Below are positions 1 to 13,394 of a stretch of DNA of 64,000 bases, in pieces (position 1 is the first letter of the stretch; every line of letters starts with the position of its first letter). This DNA is from Camelus dromedarius (taxonomy: Eukaryota). The notes below the pieces were generated by a model, which did not search any database, was not told where the DNA came from, and saw only the letters and a list, made by a program, of their open reading frames with translations. The translations under genes were made by a program, and so were the position numbers. Where the stretch lies: assembly GCF_036321535.1 (NCBI RefSeq), contig NC_087436.1, positions 101,496,001-101,560,000 on the forward strand, written 5' to 3'.

Positions 1-448
1 TGCTGCTTGGCCCTGAGGTCTGTTTCTGATTTAGTTTGTCTAAATTACTGATATCCTGCTTAGATGCTTATGTTTTCCCAGACCAGTTCTCCTCCTTATA
101 TTCAGACCAGTCACTGTCCTAACAGGAACGGATATCTCTCAGAACTACATACACGTGATTTTAAGTTTTCCTGCATTCTACTTTCCAACCCTGATAATAA
201 GCATTGAACTCTGTTATTGTCCAGTATTTCCCATACCTCAGCCTGCTGCATTTTTGAAGAATGAATTAAGACATCTGCTTCCCCATCTCAGCCATTTATT
301 TTAAATTAAACTTAATCCAATTAAGGTTTCAGGTAAATACATGTTTTGAACTTTTAGGTGAAAGTACGAAATTACAGATTTCTATATGTATTGTTTGCCT
401 TGTCCCAAAACTTATTTAGCAAAGTTACAAAACTTGTCTTTAGAATTT

Positions 449-820
449 TGTATTTGTTTTCTAGCATTGCTGTGACAAAATACTATGAACTGAGTGGCTT
501 AAATGATGGAAATTTATTTTCTCCCAGTTCTGGGGCTGAACGTCCAAGATAAAGGTGTGAGGAGGGCTCCCTCCATGACATAGAGATGACCACCTTCTCA
601 TTATGTCCTCAATTAGTCTTTCCTCTGTCACACATTCCTGGTGTTTCTTCCTCTTCTTATCTTCTTAGAAGGACACCAATCATATTGGATTAAGGATCCA
701 CTCTTATGACCTCTTCTAACCTTAATTACCTTTGTGTAGACACTGTCTCCATATACAGCCACATTGGAAGTTAGGGCTTCAATATATAAATTTGGAGGGG
801 ACACAAGTCAGTTTATAAGA
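449..820 (-). mobile_element. MaLR solo LTR, MLT1 family (MLT1B/C-like)
   Basis: Typical MLT1 motifs (gctgtgacaaaatactatgaactgagtggcttaaa; aaggacaccaatcatattggattaagg; tttggaggggacaca); exact 5-bp TSD AATTT at 444-448 and 821-825. Confidence 0.85.
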
Positions 821-1424
821 AATTTATGTGGGATATTTGTGAATAAAGATACAAATAATTATGGATACTTCATTTTAAGTTAAAATACTGTAATTCTGAA
901 ATAAAACTCATTGAATGCATGATCTACTGTGATACAAGAATGTATTGGATAGATTTTGCGGTATAAGCTGCAATTCTAATATTTAAACCTCCACAAAACT
1001 GTCTGATTATTTTTACTATCACAATCTTTCAAATAAAATATTCACCCAATTGTAAAATTTTGATTTGAATTTAAATAATAGAGCATTTTAACAGCTCAGA
1101 TAAAAATAAGTGGAAATCTCATATTTTTATTTTTATTATTACAGCCTCTCATGTAACCATAACCTAACTGAAAATAATTGTTGGTCTGTTTAGAAGAATC
1201 TTAGATGCAGTTCACCTTTTGTAACTACTGATATAAATCAAACATTTCCTATTGAATTACTGATAATATTCTGAATCAAATATTTATTTGGATTCATTTT
1301 ACCAACAATAATTTTTATTGTTTTCTTCAGCTACTGTTTTCCTCTGTCAAATATATCTATTAATAATACGGCTTTTAGCCAATGATTAAGATTTAGCCAT
1401 GTTGGAAATATGGATTTCTTTGTC

Positions 1425-1464
1425 GAAACATTAGAAAAGGAGCTGAAACATTACAAAAGGAGCT
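1425..1464. repeat. 20-bp tandem duplication
   Basis: gaaacattagaaaaggagct followed by gaaacattacaaaaggagct (1 mismatch). Confidence 0.9.
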
Positions 1465-1608
1465 GATTTAAAATGAAGCTTTGGTCTGATACTGTGCCCT
1501 TTTGCTAACAGTTCTGGATTACAAAGTGTTCTATTCAAAAGTAAGTGGTAGAGCCTTGTTGCTGTCACAAGCACTGTGACTGAGTAAGTAACACAGTGTG
1601 GTCATTTA

Positions 1609-1789
1609 TTTATATTTATTTTTTAAGAGTTTAGGAAAGTTTAATAGGTACACTGCTATAGGCCACATAGGCGAGAGGTGCCTGGGTGAGCACCAAGGGT
1701 CTTTTATTGTGGGGAGGAGGCTGTGCACACAAGGAGTAGGGGCCGCATGATCAATTCCTGCACAGGTACCTGACTAGTTTAAGACCTGT
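1609..1789 (-). mobile_element. Short retroposed insert of unknown source (LTR-transcript end or mRNA 3' end)
   Basis: Flanking direct repeats cacagtgtggtcattta (1592-1608) and cacagtgtagtaattta (1790-1806), 15/17 identical; T-rich tract 1605-1624; minus-strand ATTAAA at 1640-1645; GC-richer than flanks. Confidence 0.65.
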
Positions 1790-4259
1790 CACAGTGTAGT
1801 AATTTAGACTGGTAAAATAAAGTGAGAAAATATCCAGGTTATCCTCTCTTGCCTATAGTAGTAAAAAAGTTGAATTACCGTATGACAACTAAAGATGTGT
1901 TACTTGCTCCCTGTGACTGAATCCATCTGGTTCTGACCTTTCTTCTCTCTTCTCACCAGACCCACAACACATCCTTTTAACATACTCACTTGCCAAACTT
2001 TTTTTTTTAAGTAATGTAAAATAAATAAATGTAAACCTCATTTTCAGTTTGTGTGTTTCACAGTAATCCTCAAAAACTACTCCTATGGATTTACATTCAG
2101 CAAGCTAGACACTTGATATTCACAAAGGACCTTTCAAGATCGTAATTCCATCCAAAACACATATTTAAAAATTTTAGCATTACCATTTTTTAGAGAGGAG
2201 CACATCTGCAGACAATTTACATATGCAATGACTACATTATGAGAAAATAAAAAAAATAGTAACTTCTTGAACTATTGATTCTGCAATTTGCTAGTGAACT
2301 TTTTTGTTCTTGATACTTCCTTATGGTCTTTGTGTTTCTGTGGAATTTGAAAATAAAATTAGTTAAAAAAATAAAATGATTAAAATAAGAGGTCAGATAC
2401 CTTCAGCTTTTGTCATAAACAGTTCAAGACAACAATTGAACAAAGGTAAGATAGGGCAATGGGAAAAGTAGTTTTGTTAGATTAATCTGGAGAATTTGAT
2501 AATAAAAGGGATTGTATACTGAAGGTTTTTGTGAGATTCTGCTGCTTGATGATTGGTTAGAAAAAATTGTAAATAAGGCTTTCCCTGTAAGAGTTGGTAT
2601 CTGTGCACAACTTTGATATTTATGCTTAATCAAGTCAAATTATGTTTCACAATGGTCGTTCTGGGATGTTTAATAGTGTGAGGACATAATTTAGCCTGAC
2701 ATGGTCTGAGGTCCTATTTTTGGTCCCAAGGGGAATGAAGACATTTTCAATTGAAGACACTGCTACATGAGTTTTAAATCATTGTTTCAAGAGAAATAAA
2801 CCAAGGGTGATAAGAATGGATGGCTACAATAAAAACACAGTGAGAATTTCCTGGCAGACAATTTCACTGAAGGGCTTTATCGGGTGGAGGGATGTTTTCT
2901 GACACACTTGCTAATGAACAATTGATCCAGAGATAAAAGTCGGCTTTCCAAGCTTTGGTTCTTGATAGTCTTTGTAGTTCTGAATCCTGTTCATTGCCAT
3001 TTTGACAGTATTGCTCCATGACCATTTTCTTGAAAGCTGGTCAAGGAAAAGTTGGTAAAGAGGCAATCAGCTTCTCAGCAAAAGTAGTATTCAAGCAGAG
3101 GCCTAAATTAGTAGGGTGTTTTGACTAAAGGCCATGGAGACTTCTAATCTGAGATTCTTTTTTTAATATTTCTGATGAAACTTATTAGTTCTGCTACTTA
3201 CTTCCATTCATGACATTAATTTTTCACTTGTAAGCTCTGCATATGCAAAGTTTAAACCCTATGCACATAATGTATGCTTAATTGTTACCATTTTATATAA
3301 GATATATTGCTAACATGTAAAAAATATTCTTGAAATTCCAACATTATCAGTATGAGTATTTGAAAGAATATCAGTGATCCTGAATGTTAAATTGAAACAG
3401 AAGTTGAGACTTATATTGCATGTTAAGTTAGCAAAAAAAACTACACAACTACAAAATAACAAGGGGAAAAACGTCAACAAAATGTTATGGCAGAACCTTA
3501 AACTCTTTTTTGCACCACTTAGTCTTTTTCTTTAAAATTCACCACTTTAAATAAAACACTCATATCCATCAGAGATGACAGAAGGTTGATGACAAATTGG
3601 GTGAAGTAATAGGCAACGTAAATGTCTATAAATTTAAAGTGACAGATTAATGAGGAAAGGCTAATATATATATATATATATGAAGTAGATATGAAAAACA
3701 AGGTGGAAATTAGAGAATATTGATTTTGAGTAAGTAAATATAGTAATTAATTTTGAATAAAAATAAAATAAAAGCTTTGAGTATTATAAATTCAGAAAAT
3801 ACCTAGTATTTATAATTGTAAATATTTCATAAAATTGATAAAATAAAATTATCTTGAATACTACTTCTCAAATAGTCCCTCCAGTTTAACTCTGTATAAG
3901 AAAAAGATTGAATGATTATTAATCATATAAAAAGAGAATCCAAATTTATAAACACTATTACATAGAACAGCATGCATTGACTTTCCAAAATATAAATAAA
4001 GTTTTAAAATCGTCTTTGACCAAGTTGAAATGTACTTCAATATTTGTTTTATTAAATTTTAATTGCCCAGAAATGAGACTTGTGAGATTTAAATTCACCA
4101 AATACTTTACTTTGTTGTTAATAAATAAGATATATGATAGCCGGTAGGGCAAATAAATATTAAAACTCATTTTAAAAGCCTAACCTTGCCCCAAAACAAT
4201 AAATATGCAAATGAGGTCTAGAGAGTAAAAGGAAATATGTAAAATAAACATCTATATAT

Positions 4260-4490
4260 AGAGAAAATAGACAAAGTGAATAGCAGGTACAAATATTTGT
4301 AGTCCTCAGAGAAGAAAAGAAAAAATGTTGGAAGAGAATATATCTTTAGAGATAGAATTCAATACATTTTTTAAGAAATAAATGGGAGTCTGAACTTACA
4401 TCTTTTGAAGCACACCACAGTATGTCTGTGAAAGTGTCCTTGAATGGTCAACACACACACACACATCTAATCTAGAAAAAGTTTTGAGAA
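4260..4490 (+). mobile_element. Highly decayed L1/HAL1 ORF1-like fragment
   Basis: A-rich segment resembling the ORF1 region (gtagtcctcagagaagaaaaga ... ctgaacttacatcttttgaagcacaccac). Confidence 0.35.
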
Positions 4491-4599
4491 CATTGCTCAT
4501 CCAGTTTTTTTACTCATTTTTCTCTTCCATATGCAAACATAGTCAGAGTGTGCCTGTGTAACCAAAGATTGCTTTGAGAGGTTGATTGACAGTTCATAC

Positions 4600-4790
4600 C
4601 TGTGTGGTGTAATAGTTGAGGGGATTTAATTTACAGCCAGATTGCTGGGATGCAGATGCTAACTCTACCAACTACTACCTGTGTGACCTTGGGCAAGCAT
4701 GTCACTTTTCATGCCTTAGTTTCCTCACATTGAAATTGTGGAAAATAATAGTGTCTATGTCATTAGTTGGCATATGAAGTATGTGTTTGT
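4600..4790 (+). mobile_element. MIR SINE
   Basis: MIR core ctgtgtgaccttgggcaagcatgtcacttttcatgccttagtttcctcacattgaaa. Confidence 0.75.
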
Positions 4791-5299
4791 TAAATAAATA
4801 AAAATACATACAAGTAAAACATGGGCTTGTTAAATGATATATCTGGGACAGTCTTGAATATTAGGCTAGGTTAGGCAAAGTTAAACTGGTAATATTCTTC
4901 CTTTTAAGAATAATAAGTGAAACTATTTATTTTTACTTGGTAAGTGAAAAGGAAAATATTCTATGTTTTTAGCTAAACGCTTTTCTGGAAACAAATGGAA
5001 GAGAGAATACTAATTTTGATTTATAATGTCAAATTTCTTCACATTATGAACAGGAGGTTAAAAAAATACAGGTTGGATGTTCTGAGTCTGTATTATTGTG
5101 TGTAAAATGTCAAAAATGAAATTGAACGACAACCTTCACTTTAGCATATATTTCAAAAATGGCAAACACACATCACCTAATTTTTACCACATTCTCAAAA
5201 CTTTAAATTTTGCATTAGTTTTGGATGTATGTCCTTCAAAATATTTTCATCACAATCATTGACATCTTTCTAGGAAGCTAAGCATCACTTAAATGATGC

Positions 5300-6170
5300 A
5301 GAATAACAGGACTCCCAAAAGTAGAAGAAAGAGACTAAGGGGCAGAAATTGTATGTGAAAAAAATGACCGAAAAACTCCCTAACTTGGAGAAAGAAAGAA
5401 ACTTCTAGACCTGGGAAGCTCAAAGAATTAAAAAAAAAAAAAAAAAAAGAGCTCAAAGACGTTCACACCAAGATATATTATGATTAAAATAGCAAAAGTT
5501 AAAGACAAGCAGATAACATTAGAAGCAGCAAGAGAAAAACAACTTGCTACATAGAAGGGAACCCCTATACGACCCAGCAGATTTTTTAGCACAAGCTTTG
5601 TGGGCCAGAAAGGAGTGGCATAATATATTCAAAGTGCTGGAAAAGCAAACATACAAACAAACAACTTCCAACCAAGAATATTCTGCCTGCAGAGTTACCA
5701 TTCATAATTAAAAGAAAGATAATTTTCCAGACAAGCAAAAGCTAAAGTTCATCATCACTAAGGTACTTCTTTTAAAAAAAAATTTATTGAAACATAGTCA
5801 GTTTACAGTGTTGTGTCAATTTCTGATGTACAGCATGATGTTTCAGTAAGTATGCATACATCTATTCATTTTCATATTCTCTTTCATTATAGGTTACAGC
5901 AAGATACTGAGTTTAGTTCCCTGTGCTATACGGTAGAAACTTGTTTATCTGTTTTATATATAGTAGTTAGTGTCTGCAAATATCGAACTCCCAATTTACC
6001 CCTTCCCACCCCCTTCCCCTACTGGTAACCTTAAGTTTGTTTTCTACTATATCTATGAGTCTGTTTCTGTTTTGTTAAAGACACTTCTTTTAAGCTGAAA
6101 AGAAAGAACACTATTTAGCAACAAGAACACACAGGAAAGAATAAATTTCATTGGAGAAGTAAATATATCC
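5300..6170 (+). mobile_element. L1 ORF1 fragment, split by a younger L1
   Basis: Translates to L1 ORF1p-like pieces TPRYIMIKIAKVKDKQITLEAAREKQ and ARKEWHNIFKVL with stops and frameshifts; resumes after 6093. Confidence 0.85.
5776..6077 (-). mobile_element. 5'-truncated young L1 3' end
   Basis: tttattgaaacatagtcagtttacagtgttgtgtcaatttctgatgtacagc ... cccctactggtaacc; TSD aaggtacttcttttaa (5760-5775) / aagacacttcttttaa (6078-6093). Confidence 0.85.
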
Positions 6171-6249
6171 ATTAATGCATATTTAATTAAGAACATGACC
6201 TTCCTGAGCTATGTAAAGATAAATCAAAGATTTAGAGTTTCAGGAAATA

Positions 6250-7740
6250 AGGGCTCTAGTCAGAAAAAACAAACAATGAAAAAACCTTGTAAATCTGTGG
6301 AAGTGTCCTTTGGTGTCTTGGATGAATACAAAGATGTGCATGTATAGCTAAGACTCCATAAAGCTTGGCAAAAGACAGCTACCAGGGAAAGGGCTACTGG
6401 GGAGCGGATACAAGCTCAAGAGACATTTCATTTCTGACCTACACAAGCGGAAAGTCTTAAGGATTCACCTCATGCATTCAGTAGATACATCAATTAAGCC
6501 ACAGCTTAAGAGAAAGGTTTATGCATCCCGAGTGTCTAGATTAAAATCTACTTTAGACTCACAAAAACATAATTTTAAAAGATTCATCCAATCTGTTAGG
6601 AAATTTGGTTTAAAAACAAAAAGACAAAACCCAACACTCTTTCAACAAAAATCCAGACATTGGAAGTAAAATATTTATGAAGTATAGCATTCAATTATAT
6701 ATCATTAAACATGACAAGCAAAAGGTATGACCTATCACCAAAAGAAAAAAATCAATCAATTTGAAGGATCTAGAACTGAGGAAAAATAAAAGAATAATCA
6801 GATAAGTTTTTTTTTTTAATGTCAATTACAAAGATTTTTTTTAGGTCATTGGATAAATATTATGAAAATAAAAATAAAATACCTGCAATAATAAAACACC
6901 TAGTTGGGCTGAAGAGAAGATTAGACACTTGGTAGGAAGTTCAGTGAATTTGAGAAGATAGCAATAGAAACTGCAAACTCAGGAAGAGTGAGAGTAAAAA
7001 TGGATTAATAAAACGAATAAAGATTAAGAGACATATGGGAAAATGTCAGGTTATTTGTTATGTGAGTAATACGAGTTTCAGAATTACAAAGAAATTAGGG
7101 AGAAAAAGTTTTGAAGAAATAATGACCAAAATTTTTCCCAAATTTCATGAAAACTACACAAAACACATAGTAAGTCACTAAAAAGACAGCAATGAAAGGA
7201 ATCATAGTTACATTACACATTATATAGAGGGAAATAAATGATTACACATTATATAGAGGGAAATAAAAACAAATCAGTGTGGATTCCTTGCCTCCAAAAA
7301 ATGCATTCCAGAAGACAATCTAATGGCATATTTAAAGTGCTGAAGAAAAAACTGTTAATGAGTATTCTATATCTGCTCAAAATATACTTCAAAAATTAGT
7401 GGAAAATAGAATACTACCAAAGTAAGATTTTTTTTCAATACTAAACTGCAAACACTGTTTAAAGATATTTTTCAGGCTGAGGGCAAATCATTTCAGATAG
7501 AAATTTTGATCTACAAAAAGGAATGGAGAGCACTAGAACTGGTATCTATGTGGGTTTATTTAATTTTTTTCCTCATTTGAAATTTTTATTTAAATTTTAC
7601 TTGACTGCTTAATTAAAAAAAGACCAGTTGTATTGTGGGTCTTAATGACAATATGTAGAAGTAAAATGACTGGCAACAACAGCACACAGGGAAGGAAGTT
7701 TACTGTTGTGCATTTCTTATATATGCAGTGGTCTAACATT
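6250..7740 (+). mobile_element. Old L1M 5' region / ORF1 fragment
   Basis: ORF1-like motifs gaagattagacact...agtgaatttgagaagatagcaatagaaact and tttgaagaaataatgaccaaaatttttcccaaatttcatgaaaac. Confidence 0.7.
7212..7267. repeat. 29-bp-period tandem duplication inside L1
   Basis: attacacattatatagagggaaataaa at 7212-7238 and 7241-7267. Confidence 0.9.
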
Positions 7741-8242
7741 TTAAAAATGTTTCAAGCACTTTGATTTACCTTTGAAATAGCATAAAATTCATCACTCATT
7801 TAATACTACATTCCTGGTTCTTTTTCTTGGAAGATTTTCCTGCCTGAGAAAACTTTCACCAGATTTATGTCTTTTAAAAATGCTTTTCACTCAGTTATGA
7901 GGTTAATGGGGAACAATAGAGTTTTTTCTTTAAAAAAAAAAATACTGGACAAGGACATGTTTTAATAGCTATGCTTTGTAAAGATTTGATTGTATTGTTT
8001 ATAATAAGTTTGAACAGTGACTTCCATCAATTTGCATGTTCTCCCTGCTTTCACCAAAAAAAACAGTTCCCCCCAAAAAACTCACTTCTTTGATCCACCA
8101 GAGCCTTTATAACCTTATGTTTTATCTACCTGGATTGTAGATATTTGTATTTTTTCTTATCGTCATTCAGTAATATTTAAGTTCCTTGGGGATTAGGCAT
8201 TCAATTTTACCCATCTTGGGGAAAGTCAAGTAAGTCAAAATA

Positions 8243-8815
8243 CATAAAAGCAACATAGGTTTCCATTGATGGATGAATGGATAAAGAAAATGTTTTCATA
8301 TCTATTATTATTATTTATTTATAAAAAAGAAGGAAGTCCTCCCACTCATGAATACATGGATGGACCTTGAGGGCCTTATGCTAAGTGAAGTAATTCAGAC
8401 AGAGGAAGACAAATACCGTATGATCTCACTCATATAAGAAATCTAAAAACCAAACCAACCAACAAACAAAATGAACACATAGATACAGAGAACAGATTAG
8501 TGGTTGCCAGAGGTGGGAGGTAGGGGTGGGCGAAATGGGTGCAGGTACTCAAAGATAGAAACCTCTAGTTATGAAATAAATATGCTCTGAGGCTGTAATA
8601 TACACTATGGTGACTATAGTTAATGATACTGTGTTGTACACTTCAAAGTTGCTAAGAGGGTAAATCTTAAAAAGTTCTCATCACAAGAAAACAAAATTGT
8701 AACTATGTGTGGTAACGGATTTTTAACTAGGCTTATTGTGGTGATCTCTTCACAATTTGTACAAATACTGACTCATGTTGTGCAACTGAAACTAATATAG
8801 TGTTATATGTCAATA
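8243..8815 (+). mobile_element. L1 3' end (L1MA9-like)
   Basis: ORF2 end (gatgaatggataaagaaaatg; catggatggaccttgagggccttatgctaagtgaa) and 3' UTR (aaagttgctaagagggtaaatcttaaa); TSD aagtaagtcaaaata (8228-8242) / aaataggtcaaaata (8816-8830). Confidence 0.85.
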
Positions 8816-10809
8816 AAATAGGTCAAAATAGGATTAAGAAATAGTTATGAGTCTTACTTTTGCTTCTCTTCGCAGTACATACAAAGCAAAATAATATGTG
8901 CCCATTCTTATTATGGCCGTCTTGGTAGATGAAATAAACCAAATAGCATTTGAACAGGAAAAGTATTTAGTTCTGAATTGCCTTAATTGGACGTTTATAT
9001 TGATCAAGTTGAATGTCTAATGGCTCTATTTTATAGGTTGAGAGGATAAATTTAATGACTCAATCCCAAAAGAGGATTTTGTTTAATACAATTAACAAGA
9101 AAGAGACCACATTCATTTTATGAGAAAGAGCTTTCATCATTCAATTTAATCTACTTAATGATATCCAAGCATAGTTGGTGAGTTGATATCTTATGTACAG
9201 TCACAACACAAAGGAATATCAACTCAGATTTTTAAAAGTAAGGAAAATGAAGGGGAGGCCTCCACGCCAGTACTCAAGTATCTGCAAGGATAATTTGCAT
9301 ATTCATGAGATGAGTAAGAAGTTTTCCTTCCTCTTGTAGTAAGATTTTCCAAGTATTTATTTCCTTTGAGTAATGAATGCTATTTCCTGTTTACGCAACA
9401 CATCTATGCTTTACAAAGTGCTTTGTATTGTTGGAAACATTTATTGGATCCTTTCCTTTATAGAAAATCTATTTTATTTGTTGTAGATTTCTCTCCAAGT
9501 GAATTTGTTGACTAATAAACATTTCATGATTTTTTTCATGAAATGCAAGACTTATAAAATTGAAGCAGATATACATTTAAAAAATAAAAAGTTGATACAA
9601 AAAAACTTCTTATTCAAACCATTTTGAATCAAGTATTAACAATATCCAGTTATTAATTCATCATATTTACTCTTGTTCACATCTTTAAATAACGTATTCC
9701 TTTTATGACTGACTTTTTGATCTTTTAGCAGTCATATCCTCCTGTGAAGCCTCCTTATAACCAACAGTATTTTCATAGTAATTTATTATAACATTTATTA
9801 TTGATCACATTACATTATAGTTAATAGTGTAAAAGTGTATTTATTCTTAATTATCATTTTTATTGATCCTTCCACTCTATAAGCATTTATTGTATGAACT
9901 ATATGTTAAGTAGACTCCTGGAAAATTCTTGAATAAAAGAAAAAACAAACAATTCACCTCCCTAATACTTGTAAACTTGTAATAATGTTTTTGAATAAAT
10001 GTCCAGAGAGATGGATGAATTAATTAGCAAATTTCCACTACCTAGTATCTTTCTTCATGAATATGGAGTGTTTTATTTTTTGTAGTCACTACAGAGAAGA
10101 AAAGTGGATTTTTTGTTGTTGTTGTTTAACAAAATTTTGTATTTCCAATAATGAAGGGGTAATGACAGGAAAGCTCAAACTTAAAATATGAAATCATTAA
10201 CTCATAACTATTTAGTTCCCATAAAATTTAGTAGTAGACATTTTGGAATTTTCTTTCAGTCATAGAATTCAAAATTTTATTCTAATTTTTTTATTTAATT
10301 TATAACAATCACTATAAACTACTTGATTTGTCTTCATACTCATTTTCCCCCTAATTCTACGTACTGTAGAGGCAGCCTATTTCAGTGACAATAAAATTAT
10401 CTGACTGTGTAATTGTCTTTATTACATTTTGCAACTGAGACCTCAAATAAAGGATGCTGGAATCAGAAACTAAAAGCAAGCAAAATAAGAGATACAATCA
10501 AAAGATCATTTACATTAAGAAATGTAATTGGCAAAATTGTTGACATGTAAGTGTTTTTTTCAAAAACATTTCTGGCATTTATTAAGGATAAAACATTTCT
10601 CCAAGTATCAGTTGTGTACCCTTGTCAAGAGATGAATAAAACAAAAAGATTAAACACAGTTAAAAATATCAAAATCGTTGACTATATATATAATACAGTC
10701 AACAAAAAAGTCTGTAGTCTTCATTAACTATGCCCATGGCTCTATGTTGGTGTTAGCTGGAGCTCTGTATTCAATCTCTTAAGGGATTAATTAGTTAAGG
10801 GATTAATAC

Positions 10810-11070
10810 CTCACCCCTGTAGCTTCAAATATTATATATCTGTAATATATAATAAATGACTTCCAAATATTTCCTTTTCAGATGTATCTATGCCAGGCAG
10901 TATTGGCATAGGCCAATCAACAGTCTACTGAATCTCTCATTTGAGTAGGTTCTTCACATCCAGTAGTTCTTCACATATTCATTTATCTCCTAAAATTTAC
11001 CTTCCCATGACATTTTCTATCTTGAAGAATAGTCTCACTCCTCCTACAGACACTCAAATCAGAAACCTAT
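10810..11070 (+). mobile_element. L2 fragment
   Basis: Decayed L2 motifs atgacttccaaatat, caacagtctactgaatctctcatttg, cactcaaatcagaaacct. Confidence 0.55.
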
Positions 11071-11889
11071 GCGTTACTAAATTCCCTTTCCTCAAGACCT
11101 TTATTAATACACAAGGAAACTACACCAAAAGAGATGCAATGATACTGTAGACAGGCATTAGGTACAGAGTCAGAAACAAAGCCCTTTATTTTTATATGTA
11201 GCCCAACTTTCCTTCCACTAAGCAGTTGTGCAGATATAAATTCAATTTCTCCCCTCTGGCTCCCTAGAATTTTGAAAACAGTGTTTGGGATCCTGCTTGT
11301 GGTACATAGCATCTGGTGCCATATAAACAGATCATATTACTCCTATTCTGAATCCCCTCACCTTCCTCTTTAGTAGAACATCACATACTTGCTTTTAGGT
11401 ACTCAGTAGTCTTGCGCTTTAGGGGAAGCTATGTCCCTCCTTAGCCCAGTATTATGAATCAAGGTTAGTAAAGACAGCCAGATGATTCCATTCTCCATCT
11501 CAGTAGTTTTGAAATGGGAATACACTGCACTTTTCACTATGGTTGAATTCTAATTAGAGGTTTAAGGGGGAAAAAATATTTGTTCTTAAAGAGAGAACAA
11601 TGATCTGAATCACTGTAGAAGACTATAAGGAAAAAAGCCAAAATTGTGTTGGAACTTGAGGTTATATTTATATATTTATATATAAATTATATATATATAT
11701 ATAAATACCTACCTAGAGGAAAGTCTTATGGGGAAGGAGCTCTTAGCACAAAGCACACAGTTAATGGAGCAGTGGTGGGAAAGAACCAGAGGCAATAATG
11801 TGGTGAATTCAGTCTAGATATTTTAAAAAATTGACTTCAAAAATGTTTATAGTAAGAGAGAAGATAACGGTATCTTGGTAATAGCTCTA

Positions 11890-12010
11890 CCGTTTCATGC
11901 TGATGACACTAAAGCTTAGTGTTTTTAGGTGCCATTAGCAAGGTCACAAAAACAGTAAGTGATAGAGCTGACACCTGGAATCGAATGTCACCATGCCACT
12001 GTTCTTTACA
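11890..12010 (-). mobile_element. MIR fragment
   Basis: caaaggtcacaaaaacagtaagtgatagagctg matches reverse MIR core. Confidence 0.6.
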
Positions 12011-12914
12011 TTTAGCAAAGTGCACAGTAACGCAGACTGAGTAGAATGAGAAATAAAGGAAAGAAAATAAAAGTTGACAGCCCTCTCACCAAGCCATTTG
12101 ACATAGTTATGCCTGATTTAGGGCCTTGATTACATTAGTGGGAGATAGGACAGAGACAGAAGGATGACTTTTTGAGACATGCTAATGATGAAAAGGCAAG
12201 AGTTAAGAGAATAAATACTTTGGGGTAGTTTGGTTGGAAGAGTCCATGATATGAAAGAAGAGGATAATTCCAAGAAAAATGGCTTAATGAGGCCAAGAAT
12301 GATGAGTATTGAATTCAGATTTAACGCTTTTGTCATAAATGTAATAGAAACATATTACATAAAAAATAAGAGACGTGTGTGCAAATGAAAAAAATTTTAA
12401 TTTCCGGTTTAGTCTCACTTATCCACTCACTATCAGACATGCCAAGAATACTGCCTAACAAATGCTATATGTTCATAATATTAGTTGCCTAAAGGAATTT
12501 TATTATTGGTAGTATTATTATAGCAGTAATTAAATGGCAGAGCTGGGATTTAAGTTTCTGCACTCCCAGAGAACATTTTCTTGGTAAATATGATCTATGA
12601 CAGTGAAGCAAAAATCTAAGGAATAATAAGTAGTGATTTTCTAGGGCCTCATGTGTTTTGTATATAAAGAATTTTTCATGTGGACACCTTATATCACACA
12701 TTTCTAAATTGCTTCATAGAAATGATTTGGTCACTACAAAAGAATGTATAACTTTTGACTCTAATCAAATTTATAGAAAAGACTTAATGAAAATTTTTGG
12801 TATCAGTTATAGATTATCCCTGTGGTTAACTGTTAATTATCATATGGAGTGACTTGAGATTCTCAAAATCTGAGGAAAAAAGTTAGGGGATGAATGAGTA
12901 ATGAGAAGAACAGT

Positions 12915-12942
12915 GGAAGGCTGTCTGCGGAAGGCTGTCTGC
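12915..12942. repeat. 14-bp perfect tandem duplication
   Basis: ggaaggctgtctgc x2. Confidence 0.9.
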
Positions 12943-13189
12943 TTCTCTTAGAAATTCTTCCTAGTGACCTCCCATCTTGGGAACCCGGCCTTTCTTATGC
13001 TGCTTGGGGTGGTCTGACCCTGCCAGTTGCTCTTCTCGGGTGCCTTTTTCATTAAATGCTCTCAGAAACTACTTTTGTTAGAGCTCAGTCTACAGCAGCT
13101 TCAGACAATGTGAATAGAAATTCACAACGGGAAGAATGCAAATGCTCTGAACTGAGATGCAACAGGACTTTGAATGCAGCATTATTAAA

Positions 13190-13295
13190 GCTCTTTACAA
13201 ACATTAGCATCTGTAATTAATCCTCCCAATTTCCCCATAAGTCGTATTTCATTATCCTTGATTTACAAGCATTAAACTAAAATATCAAGGAAATG
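13190..13295 (-). mobile_element. MIR fragment
   Basis: ttaatcctcccaatttccccataag...attatccttgatttacaagcattaaact resembles reverse MIR. Confidence 0.45.
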
Positions 13296-13394
13296 CAGAG
13301 CCTGCATTGTCAGACAAATCTTTTTTAAGCACTACGTTCAACACGTATTCCCCTTCTCAGGAGCCTTCGTATTTTCTCCCAGTATTTTCTCCCA

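Noticed and set aside
5417..5459. Poly(A) flanked by agctcaaaga repeats, resembling a solo poly(A) insertion
   Set aside because: As I recall, L1 ORF1 has similar near-repeated sequence here; A-tract expansion within the L1 is a simpler explanation.
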